From an uncultured Solirubrobacteraceae bacterium (GTDB lineage Bacteria; Actinomycetota; Thermoleophilia; Solirubrobacterales; Solirubrobacteraceae): DNA of 64,000 nt. The stretch spans positions 58,984-122,983 of the forward strand of contig CAWIFM010000007.1 of the NCBI GenBank assembly GCA_963835525.1, written 5' to 3'. Position 1 is the stretch's first letter, and the number at the start of each line of letters is the position of its first letter. Under the pieces are notes generated by a model. The model was given only the letters and a program-made list of their open reading frames with translations, had not been told where the DNA came from and searched no databases. This document shows, piece after piece, positions 26,741 to 39,100 of the stretch. A program made the translations under genes and the position numbers.

Positions 26741-27301
26741 ATGATCTCGACGAACCAGTTCAAGAACGGCAACCACATCGAGGTCGAGGGCACCATCTTC
26801 AAGATCCTCGAGTTCCAGCACGTCAAGCCCGGCAAGGGCGGGGCGTTCGTGCGGACCAAGCTGCGGCGCACCGCAGACGGCGCGGTGATCGACCGCACGT
26901 TCCGGGCCGGGGAGAAGTTCCGCCCGGTCAGGACCGAGGCGCGCAAGATGCAGTTCCTGTACGCCGACGGCACCGACGCCCACTTCATGGACGAGTCCAG
27001 CTACGAGCAGCTCGCCATCCCCGAGGCCGGCGTCCAGGACACGCTGAAGTGGGTCAAGCCCAGCGAGACCGTCGACCTGCTGTTCATCGACAACGAGCCG
27101 TCAGACCTGCAGCTGAGCGCCTCCGTCGAGCTCGAGGTCACCCACACCGAGCCCGGCGTGAAGGGCGACACCGCCTCCGGCGGCGGCAACAAGCCCGCCA
27201 CGCTGGAGACCGGAGCGATCGTGAACGTCCCGCTGTTCGTGAACATCGGCGACAAGGTCAAGGTCGACACCCGCTCCGGCTCGTACATGTCGCGTGCGTA
27301 G
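26741..27301 (+). CDS. efp: elongation factor P
   Basis: MISTNQFKNGNHIEVEGTIFKILEFQHVKPGKGGAFVRTKLR, the canonical EF-P N-terminus including the KPGKG loop. Confidence 0.95.
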   Translation: MISTNQFKNGNHIEVEGTIFKILEFQHVKPGKGGAFVRTKLRRTADGAVIDRTFRAGEKFRPVRTEARKMQFLYADGTDAHFMDESSYEQLAIPEAGVQDTLKWVKPSETVDLLFIDNEPSDLQLSASVELEVTHTEPGVKGDTASGGGNKPATLETGAIVNVPLFVNIGDKVKVDTRSGSYMSRA

Positions 27302-27710
27302 GTCCGAGCAACGCCGAGCGGCGGTCTTCGCCCTCTACCAGTACGACGTCACGGGCCGCCCCCTCGACGAGGTGTTCGAGTCCACGGCCGGCCCGTTCAC
27401 CAGAGCCCTCGCGCACGCCACCGCGGACAACACCGAAGAGCTCGACGACCACATCGCCCGCAACGCCAAGGGCTGGACGCTCGACCGCATCGCGCCCCTG
27501 GAGAAGGCCATCCTCCGGACTGCGCTGCTCGAGATGCTGCATCCGGAGCTCATCGAGGCCGACCACCCGATCCCGCCCGAGGGCGCCATCGACGAGGCAG
27601 TCGAGACCACCAAGGCGTTCTGCGGCGCGGACGCTCCGGGCTTCGTCAACGGCATCCTCGGTGCGGTCCTGCGCGAGGTACGGCAGAATGGCGGCGCGCA
27701 TGCCGCCTGA
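27294..27710 (+). CDS. nusB: transcription antitermination factor NusB
   Basis: RRAAVFALYQYDV..., WTLDRIAPLEKAILRTALLEM and AIDEAVETTKAF...GFVNGILGAV. Overlaps the efp stop. Confidence 0.9.
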   Translation: MRRSEQRRAAVFALYQYDVTGRPLDEVFESTAGPFTRALAHATADNTEELDDHIARNAKGWTLDRIAPLEKAILRTALLEMLHPELIEADHPIPPEGAIDEAVETTKAFCGADAPGFVNGILGAVLREVRQNGGAHAA

Positions 27711-27906
27711 AGCCCTCGACCGGATCGTGGAACGCCTGGAGCGCACGGCGGCCGAGCTGCGCGCCGGCGACCTCGCGCCCGATCGGGCGGCCGCCCTGGT
27801 CGACGAGTGCGCCAGGCTGGCCGTCGAGGCCGGCGCCGAGCTCGACCGCGAGGTCCGCTCCACGGAGGGCGGCGGGCCGGCGGGGCAGCTCGCGCTCGAG
27901 TCTTGA
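27688..27906 (+). CDS. xseB: exodeoxyribonuclease VII small subunit
   Basis: 72 aa with LDRIVERLERTAAELRAGDLAPDRAAALVDECARL, the XseB helical hairpin pattern. It sits directly upstream of ispA-dxs, as in E. coli. An alternative ATG is at 27700. Confidence 0.7.
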   Translation: MAARMPPEALDRIVERLERTAAELRAGDLAPDRAAALVDECARLAVEAGAELDREVRSTEGGGPAGQLALES

Positions 27907-28775
27907 GCTACCCCGACCACCTTCGCCAACAGGTCGAGGACTATCTCGAGGCCCTGCACTTCGCCGAGGAGCCGGGCACGGAGGGCCTTGACGAGGCCAT
28001 GCGGTACTCACTGCTGGCCGGCGGCAAGCGCATCCGGCCTGTGCTGGCGCTCGCGACCGCGTCGGCGCTCGGCAAGGACCCGTCGCACGTCCTGCCACTG
28101 GCCGCCGCGCTCGAGCTGATCCACACCTACAGCCTGATCCACGACGACCTGCCGGCCATGGACGACGACGACCTGCGTCGCGGCCGCCCGACCTGCCACG
28201 TCAAGTACGGCGAGGACATCGCCATCCTGGCCGGTGACGGCCTTTACGCCGAGGCCTTCCGCCACCTGCTCCAGCACCAGGAGGCCGAGCCCGCCAACCT
28301 GCTGGCCGCCGCCGCCGAGCTGGCGACGGCCACAGGCGTCAACGGAATGGTCGGCGGGCAGTACATCGACGTCCGCGGGCTGGTCCCGCACGGCGACGTC
28401 AGTCTGCGGCGCCTGCACGAGCTCAAGACCGGCCGGCTGATCGCCGCTTCGGTCGAGTGCGTGCTGCTCCTCACCAGCGACGAGGCGTCAGCCACTAGAC
28501 TGGCTGGCTTCCGTGCCTTTGCGGCGGAGTTGGGGGTCCTGTTCCAGATCGTCGACGACATCCTCGACGTGACCGGCACCGAGGACGCCCTGGGGAAGCC
28601 GCAGGGCAGTGACGAGCGCCATGGGAAGCTGACCTACGTGAGCCAGTACGGTGTCGACGGCGCGCGCCGGATGGCCGCCGATTCCCACCGCAACGCCCGC
28701 GAGGACCTCGAAAAGGCGGGCGGCGCGGCGGAGCTCGAGCAGATCACGGACTTCATCTACACGCGCACGTCATGA
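27903..28775 (+). CDS. ispA: polyprenyl (farnesyl/geranylgeranyl) diphosphate synthase
   Basis: First DDxxD in LIHDDLPAMDDDDLRRG. Second Asp-rich motif FQIVDDILD. GKRIRP motif present. The TTG start overlaps the xseB stop (TTGA). Confidence 0.9.
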   Translation: MSYPDHLRQQVEDYLEALHFAEEPGTEGLDEAMRYSLLAGGKRIRPVLALATASALGKDPSHVLPLAAALELIHTYSLIHDDLPAMDDDDLRRGRPTCHVKYGEDIAILAGDGLYAEAFRHLLQHQEAEPANLLAAAAELATATGVNGMVGGQYIDVRGLVPHGDVSLRRLHELKTGRLIAASVECVLLLTSDEASATRLAGFRAFAAELGVLFQIVDDILDVTGTEDALGKPQGSDERHGKLTYVSQYGVDGARRMAADSHRNAREDLEKAGGAAELEQITDFIYTRTS

Positions 28776-30697
28776 CCGACAACCTCCTCGACCGCATCGA
28801 CAAGCCTCAGGACCTCCACGGTCTGTCCGAGGACGAGCTGCAGCAGGTCGCGCAGGAGGTGCGCGATCTGCTGATCGACACGGTCGGCGAGATCGGCGGG
28901 CACTTCGGCGCCAACCTCGGCGCCTGCGAGATCGCCGTGGCGGTGCACTCCCTGCTCGACTCGCCGCGCGACAAGGTCGTGTGGGACGTCGGCCATCAGG
29001 CCTACCCGCACAAGGTCCTCACCGGCCGCCGCGACCAGCTCCAGACGATCCGCAAGTACGAGGGCCTGGCCCCGTTCTGCTCGATCGCGGAGTCCGAGCA
29101 CGACATCATGGGCGCCGGCCACGCCAGCACCGCCATCGGCTACGCGGTCGGCCTCAAGGAGGCCATGCGCCACGGGCAAGGCCCCGACGGCAAGGTCGTC
29201 GCCGTGGTCGGCGACGGCGCCATGACCGGCGGCGTCGCCTTCGAGGCGGTCCACCAGGCCGGTGGCCTCGGCACCCCGATCGTCGTGATCCTCAATGACA
29301 ACGGGATGTCGATCGCCCCCAACGTGGGCGCTCTCAGCAGGTACTTCAACCGCGTCCGGCTCGACCCCGGCCTGTGGAAGGCCCGCGAGGGCGTGGAGGA
29401 GAAGCTCACGCGGCTGCCGGGCGGCATCGGCCCCCGCTTCGAGCGCCTCGGCCCGCAGCTCAAGGAGTCGGTCAAGGCCCTGTGGCAGCCCGGCCTGTGG
29501 TGGGAGGAGCTCGACTGGGCCTACATGGGCGTCATCGACGGCCACGACGTGCGCGCCGTCCGCAAGGCGATGAGCGCCGCCTTCGAGGCCGAGCGCCCGG
29601 TCGTCATCCACGTCGCCACGGTCAAGGGCAAGGGCTTCGCGCCCGCCGAGGATGGCGGCCTGGAGGGCATGGAGAAGTGGCACGCCGCCAAGCCGAAGTC
29701 GATCGAGCACGGCCGGCCGGCGCCGTCCAAGCCCAAGAAGAGCGTTGCGCCTCCGCAGTACACCCAGGTCTTCGGCGAGGCGATCGTGCGCGAGTGCGAG
29801 CGCGACGAGCGCGTGGTCGGCATCACGGCGGCCATGAACTCCGGCACCGGCCTCTCGATCCTCCAGAAGGCGATGCCCGACCGCTACTTCGACGTCGGCA
29901 TCGCCGAGCAGCAGGCCGTGCTGTTCGCGGCCGGCCTCGCGCTCCAGGGCATGCGGCCGGTGGCCGCCATCTACAGCACCTTCCTGCAGCGCGCCTTCGA
30001 CCAGATCGTCCACGACGTCTGCCTGCAGAACCTCAACGTGACGTTCTGCATGGACCGCGCCGGCCTGGTCGGCGACGACGGCCCCACGCACCACGGCGCC
30101 TTCGACATCTCCTACCTGCGCCCGCTGCCCAACATCACGCTGATGGCGCCGCGCGACGAGGCGATGCTCGTCCACATGCTCCACACCGCGCTGCGGATCG
30201 ACGGCCCCGCCGCGATCCGCTATCCGCGCGGCGAGGCGGAGGGCGTCGAGATCCCGGCCGAGCCGACGGTGCTCGAGGTCGGCACGGGGGAGATCCTGCG
30301 CGAGGGCGAGCGGGTGGCGATCGTGGGCTACGGCACCGGCGTCGGCAAGGCGCTCGGCGCCGCCGACCTGCTCGCCGGGCACGGGCTCGACGTCACCGTC
30401 GCCGACGCCCGCTTCGCCAAGCCGCTCGACGCCGGCCTGCTGGCCCAGCTCGCCGCCGAGCACGATCTGCTCGTCACCATCGAGGAGGGCGTGCTGATGG
30501 GCGGCTTCGGCAGCGCGGTCTGGGAATCGCTGTCAGATGGCGGGGCGGCGCCGCGCATGCTGCGCGTCGGCCTGCCCGACCGCTACGTCACCCACGGCGC
30601 GCCGAAGCTCCTGCACGAGGAGGTCGGCTACACGCCTGAGCGCATCGCCGAGCGGATCGAGGCTGCCGTCCTCGACCCGCGCGGCTCACTCGTCTGA
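28772..30697 (+). CDS. dxs: 1-deoxy-D-xylulose-5-phosphate synthase
   Basis: 641 aa. GGHFGANLG, DVGHQAYPHK, the TPP motif GDGAMTGG...NDN, and the C-terminal transketolase-like domains are present. Confidence 0.95.
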   Translation: MTDNLLDRIDKPQDLHGLSEDELQQVAQEVRDLLIDTVGEIGGHFGANLGACEIAVAVHSLLDSPRDKVVWDVGHQAYPHKVLTGRRDQLQTIRKYEGLAPFCSIAESEHDIMGAGHASTAIGYAVGLKEAMRHGQGPDGKVVAVVGDGAMTGGVAFEAVHQAGGLGTPIVVILNDNGMSIAPNVGALSRYFNRVRLDPGLWKAREGVEEKLTRLPGGIGPRFERLGPQLKESVKALWQPGLWWEELDWAYMGVIDGHDVRAVRKAMSAAFEAERPVVIHVATVKGKGFAPAEDGGLEGMEKWHAAKPKSIEHGRPAPSKPKKSVAPPQYTQVFGEAIVRECERDERVVGITAAMNSGTGLSILQKAMPDRYFDVGIAEQQAVLFAAGLALQGMRPVAAIYSTFLQRAFDQIVHDVCLQNLNVTFCMDRAGLVGDDGPTHHGAFDISYLRPLPNITLMAPRDEAMLVHMLHTALRIDGPAAIRYPRGEAEGVEIPAEPTVLEVGTGEILREGERVAIVGYGTGVGKALGAADLLAGHGLDVTVADARFAKPLDAGLLAQLAAEHDLLVTIEEGVLMGGFGSAVWESLSDGGAAPRMLRVGLPDRYVTHGAPKLLHEEVGYTPERIAERIEAAVLDPRGSLV

Positions 30698-31134
30698 GCC
30701 TGGGTCCAGGCTGCACGCCGCCCGGTAGTGCTCGATGACGCCGGCCCAGCCGCGGCGGTTGCGATCCCGCCGCTCCTCGGCCACGGCGCCGAGCCGCTCC
30801 CAGCCGCGGTGCTCGATCGTCGACCGCGGTGCCCTCGCCGGCGGCGCGTGAAGGTCACCTCGACCTCGGTGGCGTCGCTGCGGTCGAAGCGCAGGTGCCA
30901 GAGATAGACGAGCCGGTGCGGCGGCTCCCAGGCGAGCACCTCGCCCCAGTCGTGCTCGGTGCCGTCCGGCGTGCGCTCGTAGATGCGGCCGCCCGGCTCG
31001 AAGATCACCTTCAGGCCCGGCTCGCCCGAGACCGAGTGCCCGTGCGGCCACCAGCGCGAGGTCTGCTCCGCCCACAGCGAGAACGCCCGCTCCGGCGGAC
31101 AGGCGACGGTGAACTCGAGCCGGAGCGGCTCCAT
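30686..31134 (-). pseudogene. frameshifted SRPBCC (AHSA1/START-like) domain protein
   Basis: N-terminal 95 aa (MEPLRLEFTVACPPERAFSLWAEQTSRWWP...EVEVTFT) lie in the frame of ORF 30628..31179. The conserved C-terminus (IEHRGWERLGAVAEERRDRNRRGWAGVIEHY) lies in the frame of ORF 30686..31219. The switch is near 30840-30856, and the span of 449 nt is not a multiple of 3. Confidence 0.6.
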
Positions 31135-31529
31135 CAGTTGTCGGCCAGCATCCGGAAGCGGCCGGCGGCCTCGCCCCACACCTGCTCCAGGTAGGCGCGC
31201 ACCGCCTCGATCCCTTCATCGTGCAGGCGGTACAGGCGACGCGTGCCCTCGGCGCGGTCGATCACCAGCCCGGCCTCTTTCAGCAGCCGCAGGTGTCGCG
31301 AGACCGCGGGGCGGCTGATGGGCAGCGCGTCGGCCAGCTCGCGCACCGAGCGGTCGCCGTCCCGGAGGAGCTCGACGATCGCGCGGCGGTGGGGGTCGCC
31401 GAGCGCGTCGAATGGGTCGCCGTGCAGTCCCTGGAGCGAGATCGCGCGGACGGTAGCAGGATGGTTACCGTGGCACGGGGCGCGTCCAGCGCGTGGATGC
31501 GTTGAGCGCCAGCTCGGCCGCGGCGCCAA
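31134..31529 (-). CDS. ArsR/SmtB family transcriptional regulator
   Basis: FDALGDPHRRAIVELLRDGDRSVRELADALPISRPAVSRHLRLLKEAGLV is the canonical ArsR wHTH. Its stop overlaps the SRPBCC start (ATGA). The N-terminal extent is uncertain, because ATG 31529 overlaps the upstream ORF by 65 nt. Confidence 0.8.
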   Translation of the reverse strand: MAPRPSWRSTHPRAGRAPCHGNHPATVRAISLQGLHGDPFDALGDPHRRAIVELLRDGDRSVRELADALPISRPAVSRHLRLLKEAGLVIDRAEGTRRLYRLHDEGIEAVRAYLEQVWGEAAGRFRMLADN

Positions 31530-31800
31530 GGGCGAGCAGGGTGGCCGCCATCGGGTCGCCCGCGGCCGTCAGCGCCACGGAGGCGGCGAGCAGGCCCACG
31601 CCGAGCGCCATGTCGGCGGCCATGTGGGCGGAGATCGGCAGGTCGTCCGAGAGCGCGAGCCCGGCCATCAGGGCGCCGGCGCCGATGCCGGCGGTGAGCG
31701 GCACGAGGCCCAGCCCGAGCACCAGCGGGGCGCCGATGAGCGTCAGGCCGCAGAGCAGCTCCAGCAGGCTGTGCTCGGTGAGTGAGAGGCGTCGGAACAT
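31465..31800 (-). CDS. small hypothetical membrane protein
   Basis: 111 aa (MFRRLSLTEHSLLELLCGLTLIGAPLVLGLGL...) with three to four hydrophobic segments. Divergent from tlyA. It is the C-terminal part of track ORF 31465..32463. Confidence 0.45.
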   Translation of the reverse strand: MFRRLSLTEHSLLELLCGLTLIGAPLVLGLGLVPLTAGIGAGALMAGLALSDDLPISAHMAADMALGVGLLAASVALTAAGDPMAATLLALGAAAELALNASTRWTRPVPR

Positions 31801-31869
31801 GTCAGGGACATGGTCTCGCGAGACGCTCTCGTCCACTGTGAAGTGGATCACCGTTACCTTGTTGCGCCC

Positions 31870-32652
31870 ATGCCCCGGGTCCGGCTCGACAGCCTGCTGG
31901 CGGAGCGCGGCCTGTACGCGTCCCGCTCGCGTGCGGCCGCGGCCGTGCTGGCCGGCCATGTGCACGTGGGACCGGGCCGCGCGCGGGCGGCCAAGCCCGG
32001 CCAGCTCGTGGACGCCCAGGTCGAGCTGGCCGTCGACGCGCCGCCGCCCTACGTCTCGCGCGGCGGCGTGAAGCTCGCCAACGCGCTCGACGCGCTGCAG
32101 CTCGACGTGTCGGGGCGCCGCGCGCTCGACGTAGGGGCCTCCACCGGCGGCTTCACCGACTGCCTCCTCCAGCGCGGCGCCGAGCACGTCGTCGCCCTCG
32201 ACGTCGCCTACGGCGAGCTCGACTGGCGGCTGCGCGGCGACGAGCGCGTCACCGTGATCGAGCGGACCAACGCGCGCGAGCTGTCGCCCGACGTGCTGCC
32301 CTACGCTCCCGACCTGGTCGTCGTCGACGTCTCCTTCATCTCGCTGTCCAAGGTCCTGCCCGCCGTGCTCGACTGCGCCGCCGAGCGCTTCGACTGCCTG
32401 GCCATGGTCAAGCCGCAGTTCGAGGTCGGCCGCGGGCGCGTGGGCAAGGGCGGCGTCGTGCACGATCCGGAGCTGCGGCGCGAGGCGATCGCCGCGGTCG
32501 CCGCCGGCGCCCGGGCGGGCGGCGCCTCGGTGCTCGGCTTCGCCGCCTCCGGGCTGCCCGGGCCGGCCGGCAATCGCGAGACGTTCGTGTGGCTCGGCGA
32601 GGGCAGCCGCGCGGAGGCGGCGGGGGACGCGCTGGCGGAGGCCGAGGTATGA
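31870..32652 (+). CDS. tlyA: TlyA family rRNA (cytidine-2'-O)-methyltransferase
   Basis: S4-like N-terminus RVRLDSLLAERGL..SRSRA, then YVSRGGVKL and the SAM motif ALDVGASTGGFTDCLL. ATG at 31870 is preferred over the track start at 31810. Confidence 0.9.
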   Translation: MPRVRLDSLLAERGLYASRSRAAAAVLAGHVHVGPGRARAAKPGQLVDAQVELAVDAPPPYVSRGGVKLANALDALQLDVSGRRALDVGASTGGFTDCLLQRGAEHVVALDVAYGELDWRLRGDERVTVIERTNARELSPDVLPYAPDLVVVDVSFISLSKVLPAVLDCAAERFDCLAMVKPQFEVGRGRVGKGGVVHDPELRREAIAAVAAGARAGGASVLGFAASGLPGPAGNRETFVWLGEGSRAEAAGDALAEAEV

Positions 32653-33497
32653 AGGCGGCGAGCGTGGTCACCCACCGGCGCGTGGCGGAGACCGCGGCGG
32701 CCATGCGCGAGCTGATCGCCGCGGCCCGGCGCGCCGGCGTCCTGCTGCGGTTCCCGGCCGACGAGACGCAGAAGCACGATCTGACCGCGGGCGGCGGGAT
32801 CGAGCTGGACTCGGACGAGCTCGACGACGTCGACATCTGCATCGCCCTGGGCGGCGACGGCACGATCCTCACCGCGCTGCGCCACTACGCCGGCACGGGG
32901 ATCCCGGTCTTCGCGGTCAACTTCGGCGAGGTCGGCTTCCTCGCCACCGTCGACCCCGACGGCCTCGGCGCGCACTTCGACCGCGCCTTCGCGGGCGAGT
33001 TCGAGACGCTCGAGCTGCCCACGATCTCGGTCGGCCGGCCGGACGGCAGCTGGACCGCCATGAACGACATCTCGATCCACCGCAAGCCTGGCCACAGGGT
33101 CGCCGACCTCGCCTACGGGCTGGCGGGGGAGGAGATCGGCCGCGTGCGCTGCGACGGGCTGGTCGTGGCCACCCCGCAGGGCTCGACGGGCTACAACCTG
33201 GCCAACGGCGGGCCCGTGATGGCATGGGGCGTGGAGGGCTACGTCGTCTCCTTCGTCGCGCCGCACTCGCTGACCGCGCGGGCGCTGGTCGTCGCCCCGG
33301 GCGACCTGCTGACCATCAACAACGCGTCGCGCGAGGAGCCGGTCGAGGTGCACGTGGACGGCCGGCCGACCTCCGAGCTGCCACCGGGCGAGGACCTGCA
33401 CATCGAGTTCGGCGGCCTGCACGGCACGCTCGCCCAGCTGCCGGGCGCGAGCTTCTACCACCGCCTGCGCGAGCGCTTCGGACGACTCGCCCGATAG
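32649..33497 (+). CDS. nadK: NAD+ kinase
   Basis: GGDGT motif (IALGGDGTIL), NFGEVGFL and ATPQGSTGYNLANGGP. ATGA overlap with tlyA. Confidence 0.9.
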   Translation: MKAASVVTHRRVAETAAAMRELIAAARRAGVLLRFPADETQKHDLTAGGGIELDSDELDDVDICIALGGDGTILTALRHYAGTGIPVFAVNFGEVGFLATVDPDGLGAHFDRAFAGEFETLELPTISVGRPDGSWTAMNDISIHRKPGHRVADLAYGLAGEEIGRVRCDGLVVATPQGSTGYNLANGGPVMAWGVEGYVVSFVAPHSLTARALVVAPGDLLTINNASREEPVEVHVDGRPTSELPPGEDLHIEFGGLHGTLAQLPGASFYHRLRERFGRLAR

Positions 33498-33557
33498 ACC
33501 GCAACAAATCTGCGGAAAACGGCGGCTCCGTCGGGCGGCGCTGATACACCCTGGGCC

Positions 33558-35222
33558 GTGCTCCACGAACTGCGCGTCGAGAACCTGCTGCTGATCGAGC
33601 GGGCCGAGCTGGGCCTCGGGCCCGGCCTGAACGTCCTGACCGGCGAGACCGGCGCGGGCAAGACCGTGCTCGCCCACGCGCTCGACCTGCTGCTGGGCGG
33701 CAAGCCACGGCCCGGGATCGTGCGGCCGGGCGCCTCGGAGGCGTACGTGGAGGGGGTGTTCGCGCTGCCCGCGGTGCTGCGCGAGGAGCTCGCGGAGCGG
33801 CTGCCCGAGGAGGCCGACGAGCTGGTGCTCGCGCGGCGGGTGAGCGCCGAGGGCCGCACGCGCGCCTATGTGGGTGGCCGGAGCGCCACGGCGGCCGACC
33901 TGGTCGAGATCGGCGGTGCGCTGCTCTCGTTCTACGGCCAGCACGAGCACCGCCGGCTCACGCTCGCCTCCGCGCAGCTGGAGATCCTCGACGGCTTCAG
34001 TGGCTCCGAGCAGGCTGCCCGCCGCGAGGCGTTCGCCGCCGCCTACGCGCGCGAACGGGCGTTGCGCGAGGAGCTCGAGGAGCTGCGCGCGCGGGCCGGG
34101 GCGCGCGACCGCGAGCTCGACCTGCTCGAGTGGGAGCTGGAGGAGATCGACCGCGCGGAGCCGAGCGAGGCCGAGGAGCAGGAGCTCACGACCGAGCGCG
34201 AGCGGCTGCGCCACCTGGGCGCGCTGATCGGCGCGGCCGGTGCCGCCGTGACCGCGTTCGCCGGCGACGAGGACGCGTCCGCCGGCGCCGCGCCGGCTCT
34301 TGCCGCCGCGTCGTCGGCGCTCGAGGCGATCCGCGGCGTCGACCCCGAGCTCGACGCGCTGGCCGACCGCGCGCAGGCGTTGGCCGTCGAGGCGGACGAC
34401 CTGGCCGGCGAGCTGCGCCGCTACGGCGAGGGCATAGAAGCAGCGCCTGGCCGGCTCGACGAGGTCGAGGAGCGCCTGGCGCTGCTCGACCGCCTGAAGC
34501 GCAAGCACGGCGGCACGATCGCCGCCGTCCTCACCCACGCCGAGGAGTGCCGCCGCCGGCGCGACGAGCTGGCCGGCGCCGAGGAGGCGCTCGCGGCCGG
34601 CGAGGCGCAGGTCGAGGCCGCGCGGGCCGAGCTCGCGAAGCTGGCCGAAGGGCTGCGGAAAGCGCGGCGCGCGGCCGCGGGCCCACTGGCGAAGGCGGTG
34701 GTCGAGCGACTGGACGGGCTCGCCATGGAGGGCGCGAGCTTCGAGGCGAGCGTCACCGAGCGCGACGGCTACGGCCCGGCCGGCGGCGACGAGGTCGAGT
34801 TCCTGATCGCCCCCAACCCGGGCGTGCCCGCCGGCCCGTTGCGCGAGACCGCGTCCGGCGGCGAGCTGTCGCGCGTGATGCTCGCGCTCATGGGCGTCGC
34901 CGCTCAGGCCGGGCCGGGCACGCTGGTCTTCGACGAGGTCGACGCCGGCATCGGCGGCCAGACCGCCCGCGCCGTGGGCGAGCAGTTGCGCGAGCTGGCC
35001 GGCGGCCGCCAGGTCATCTGCATCACCCACCTGCCGCAGATCGCCTCGCTCGCCGACCGCCATTTCACGATCGTCAAGGACACGTCCTCCGACACCGCCA
35101 CCACCACCGTCACCCTCCTCCAGCGCGGCGACGTGGTGGGCGAGCTCGTGCGCATGCTCGGCGCCGAGGACGGCGACGCCGCCGCCCGCCGCCACGCCCG
35201 CGAGCTCCTCAAAGCGGCATGA
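33558..35222 (+). CDS. recN: DNA repair protein RecN
   Basis: MLHELRVENLLLIERAEL...LTGETGAGKT (Walker A), a long coiled coil, the signature SGGELSRVMLAL, and Walker B LVFDEVDAGIGG. Confidence 0.95.
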   Translation: MLHELRVENLLLIERAELGLGPGLNVLTGETGAGKTVLAHALDLLLGGKPRPGIVRPGASEAYVEGVFALPAVLREELAERLPEEADELVLARRVSAEGRTRAYVGGRSATAADLVEIGGALLSFYGQHEHRRLTLASAQLEILDGFSGSEQAARREAFAAAYARERALREELEELRARAGARDRELDLLEWELEEIDRAEPSEAEEQELTTERERLRHLGALIGAAGAAVTAFAGDEDASAGAAPALAAASSALEAIRGVDPELDALADRAQALAVEADDLAGELRRYGEGIEAAPGRLDEVEERLALLDRLKRKHGGTIAAVLTHAEECRRRRDELAGAEEALAAGEAQVEAARAELAKLAEGLRKARRAAAGPLAKAVVERLDGLAMEGASFEASVTERDGYGPAGGDEVEFLIAPNPGVPAGPLRETASGGELSRVMLALMGVAAQAGPGTLVFDEVDAGIGGQTARAVGEQLRELAGGRQVICITHLPQIASLADRHFTIVKDTSSDTATTTVTLLQRGDVVGELVRMLGAEDGDAAARRHARELLKAA

Positions 35223-35243
35223 TCCCGCCGCCCCGCGTTCTAG

Positions 35244-38037
<2,794 letters not shown>

Positions 38038-38041
<4 letters not shown>

Positions 38042-38586
38042 GCTCCCGGTTCGAGCGCACCGGCGGCGAGTCGATCTTCGAGGGCAAGTTCTTCACGGTC
38101 GCGCGCGGCCGCTTCCGCCACGAGGACGGCGAAGAGGTCGAGCGCGAGCTCGTCACCCACCCCGGCGCAGTGGGCATCGTCGTGCTCGACGGCGACGACC
38201 TGTGGCTCGTGCGCCAGCCGCGCGAGGCGATCGGCGCCCCCGACTTCCTCGAGCTGCCGGCCGGCAAGCTCGACGAGGAGGGCGAGTCGCCGCTCGACGC
38301 CGCCAAGCGCGAGCTGGCCGAGGAGATCGGCAAGCAGGCCGATCACTGGGAGCCGCTCGGCTCCTTCTACACGTCACCGGGCTTCGCCGACGAGGAGGTC
38401 CACCTCTTCCTGGCCACCGGCATCTCCGACGTCGACGAGCGGCCCGAGGTTGACCACGACGAGCGCATCGACGTCGAGGTCCGCCCGGTCGCGGACCTCG
38501 ACGGCATCCTCGCCGAGACCAAGGACTCGAAGACCCTGATCGGGCTCTACGCGCTCAAGGACCGACTCACTCGCAGAACGGGATGA
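38038..38586 (+). CDS. NUDIX hydrolase (ADP-ribose pyrophosphatase-like)
   Basis: Nudix box GKLDEEGESPLDAAKRELAEEIG. GTGA overlap with the M20 gene. It occupies the pyrG-nudix-xerD synteny position. Confidence 0.85.
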
Positions 38587-39091
38587 AGGGGACGCCGATG
38601 GCGTCGATCCGCTTGGTGGCGACCGGCACGGAGAAGGTGATCCGCCCGCCCGCGCTCCTGGGCACGCGCGCGAGCCAGACGCCGAAGACCTCTTCGGTGT
38701 TCTTGTTCACCTTGACCTCGTCGTAGGCGGCCCTGATGTCGCTGATGCGGTCGCCGACCTTGACGCCGCGGGCACGGGCGCCGCGCGTGATGAGGATGTT
38801 GCTGATCTTGCGCGGCGTGGTCAGCGTGAAGTCGACGAACCCGCGCAGCGGCGAGCGCAGCCGCGCGCTGCGCGTCTCGGGGCCGCCGAACTCGCAACCC
38901 GGCCGCAGCTGCCCGATCAGGCCCTTGTCGCGAGCTTCCTGGAAGGTCATGCCGAGCTTGACCTGCCCGACGCCCTCGCCGGTGATCTTCTTCGCCGCGA
39001 TCCGCGCGGTCGGCCCGCTGTCGGCCGAGGCGCCGATGGCCACCGCGCCGGTGAGGACGAGCGCAGCGGTGAATGCCAGTGTGCGTCGCAT
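38567..39091 (-). CDS. secreted hypothetical protein
   Basis: 174 aa with signal peptide MRRTLAFTAALVLTGAVAIGASA. Codon usage is good. No family recognised. Confidence 0.55.
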   Translation of the reverse strand: MRRTLAFTAALVLTGAVAIGASADSGPTARIAAKKITGEGVGQVKLGMTFQEARDKGLIGQLRPGCEFGGPETRSARLRSPLRGFVDFTLTTPRKISNILITRGARARGVKVGDRISDIRAAYDEVKVNKNTEEVFGVWLARVPRSAGGRITFSVPVATKRIDAIGVPFIPFCE

Positions 39092-39100
39092 GCGCCGACC

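Noticed and set aside
33498-33557. Searched the recN upstream region for an actinobacterial LexA SOS box (TCGAAC-N4-GTTCGA) or a RecA-independent damage promoter motif.
   Set aside because: Neither motif is present. There is only a weak 5-bp hairpin (CCGCA...TGCGG), which is not convincing as a regulatory site.
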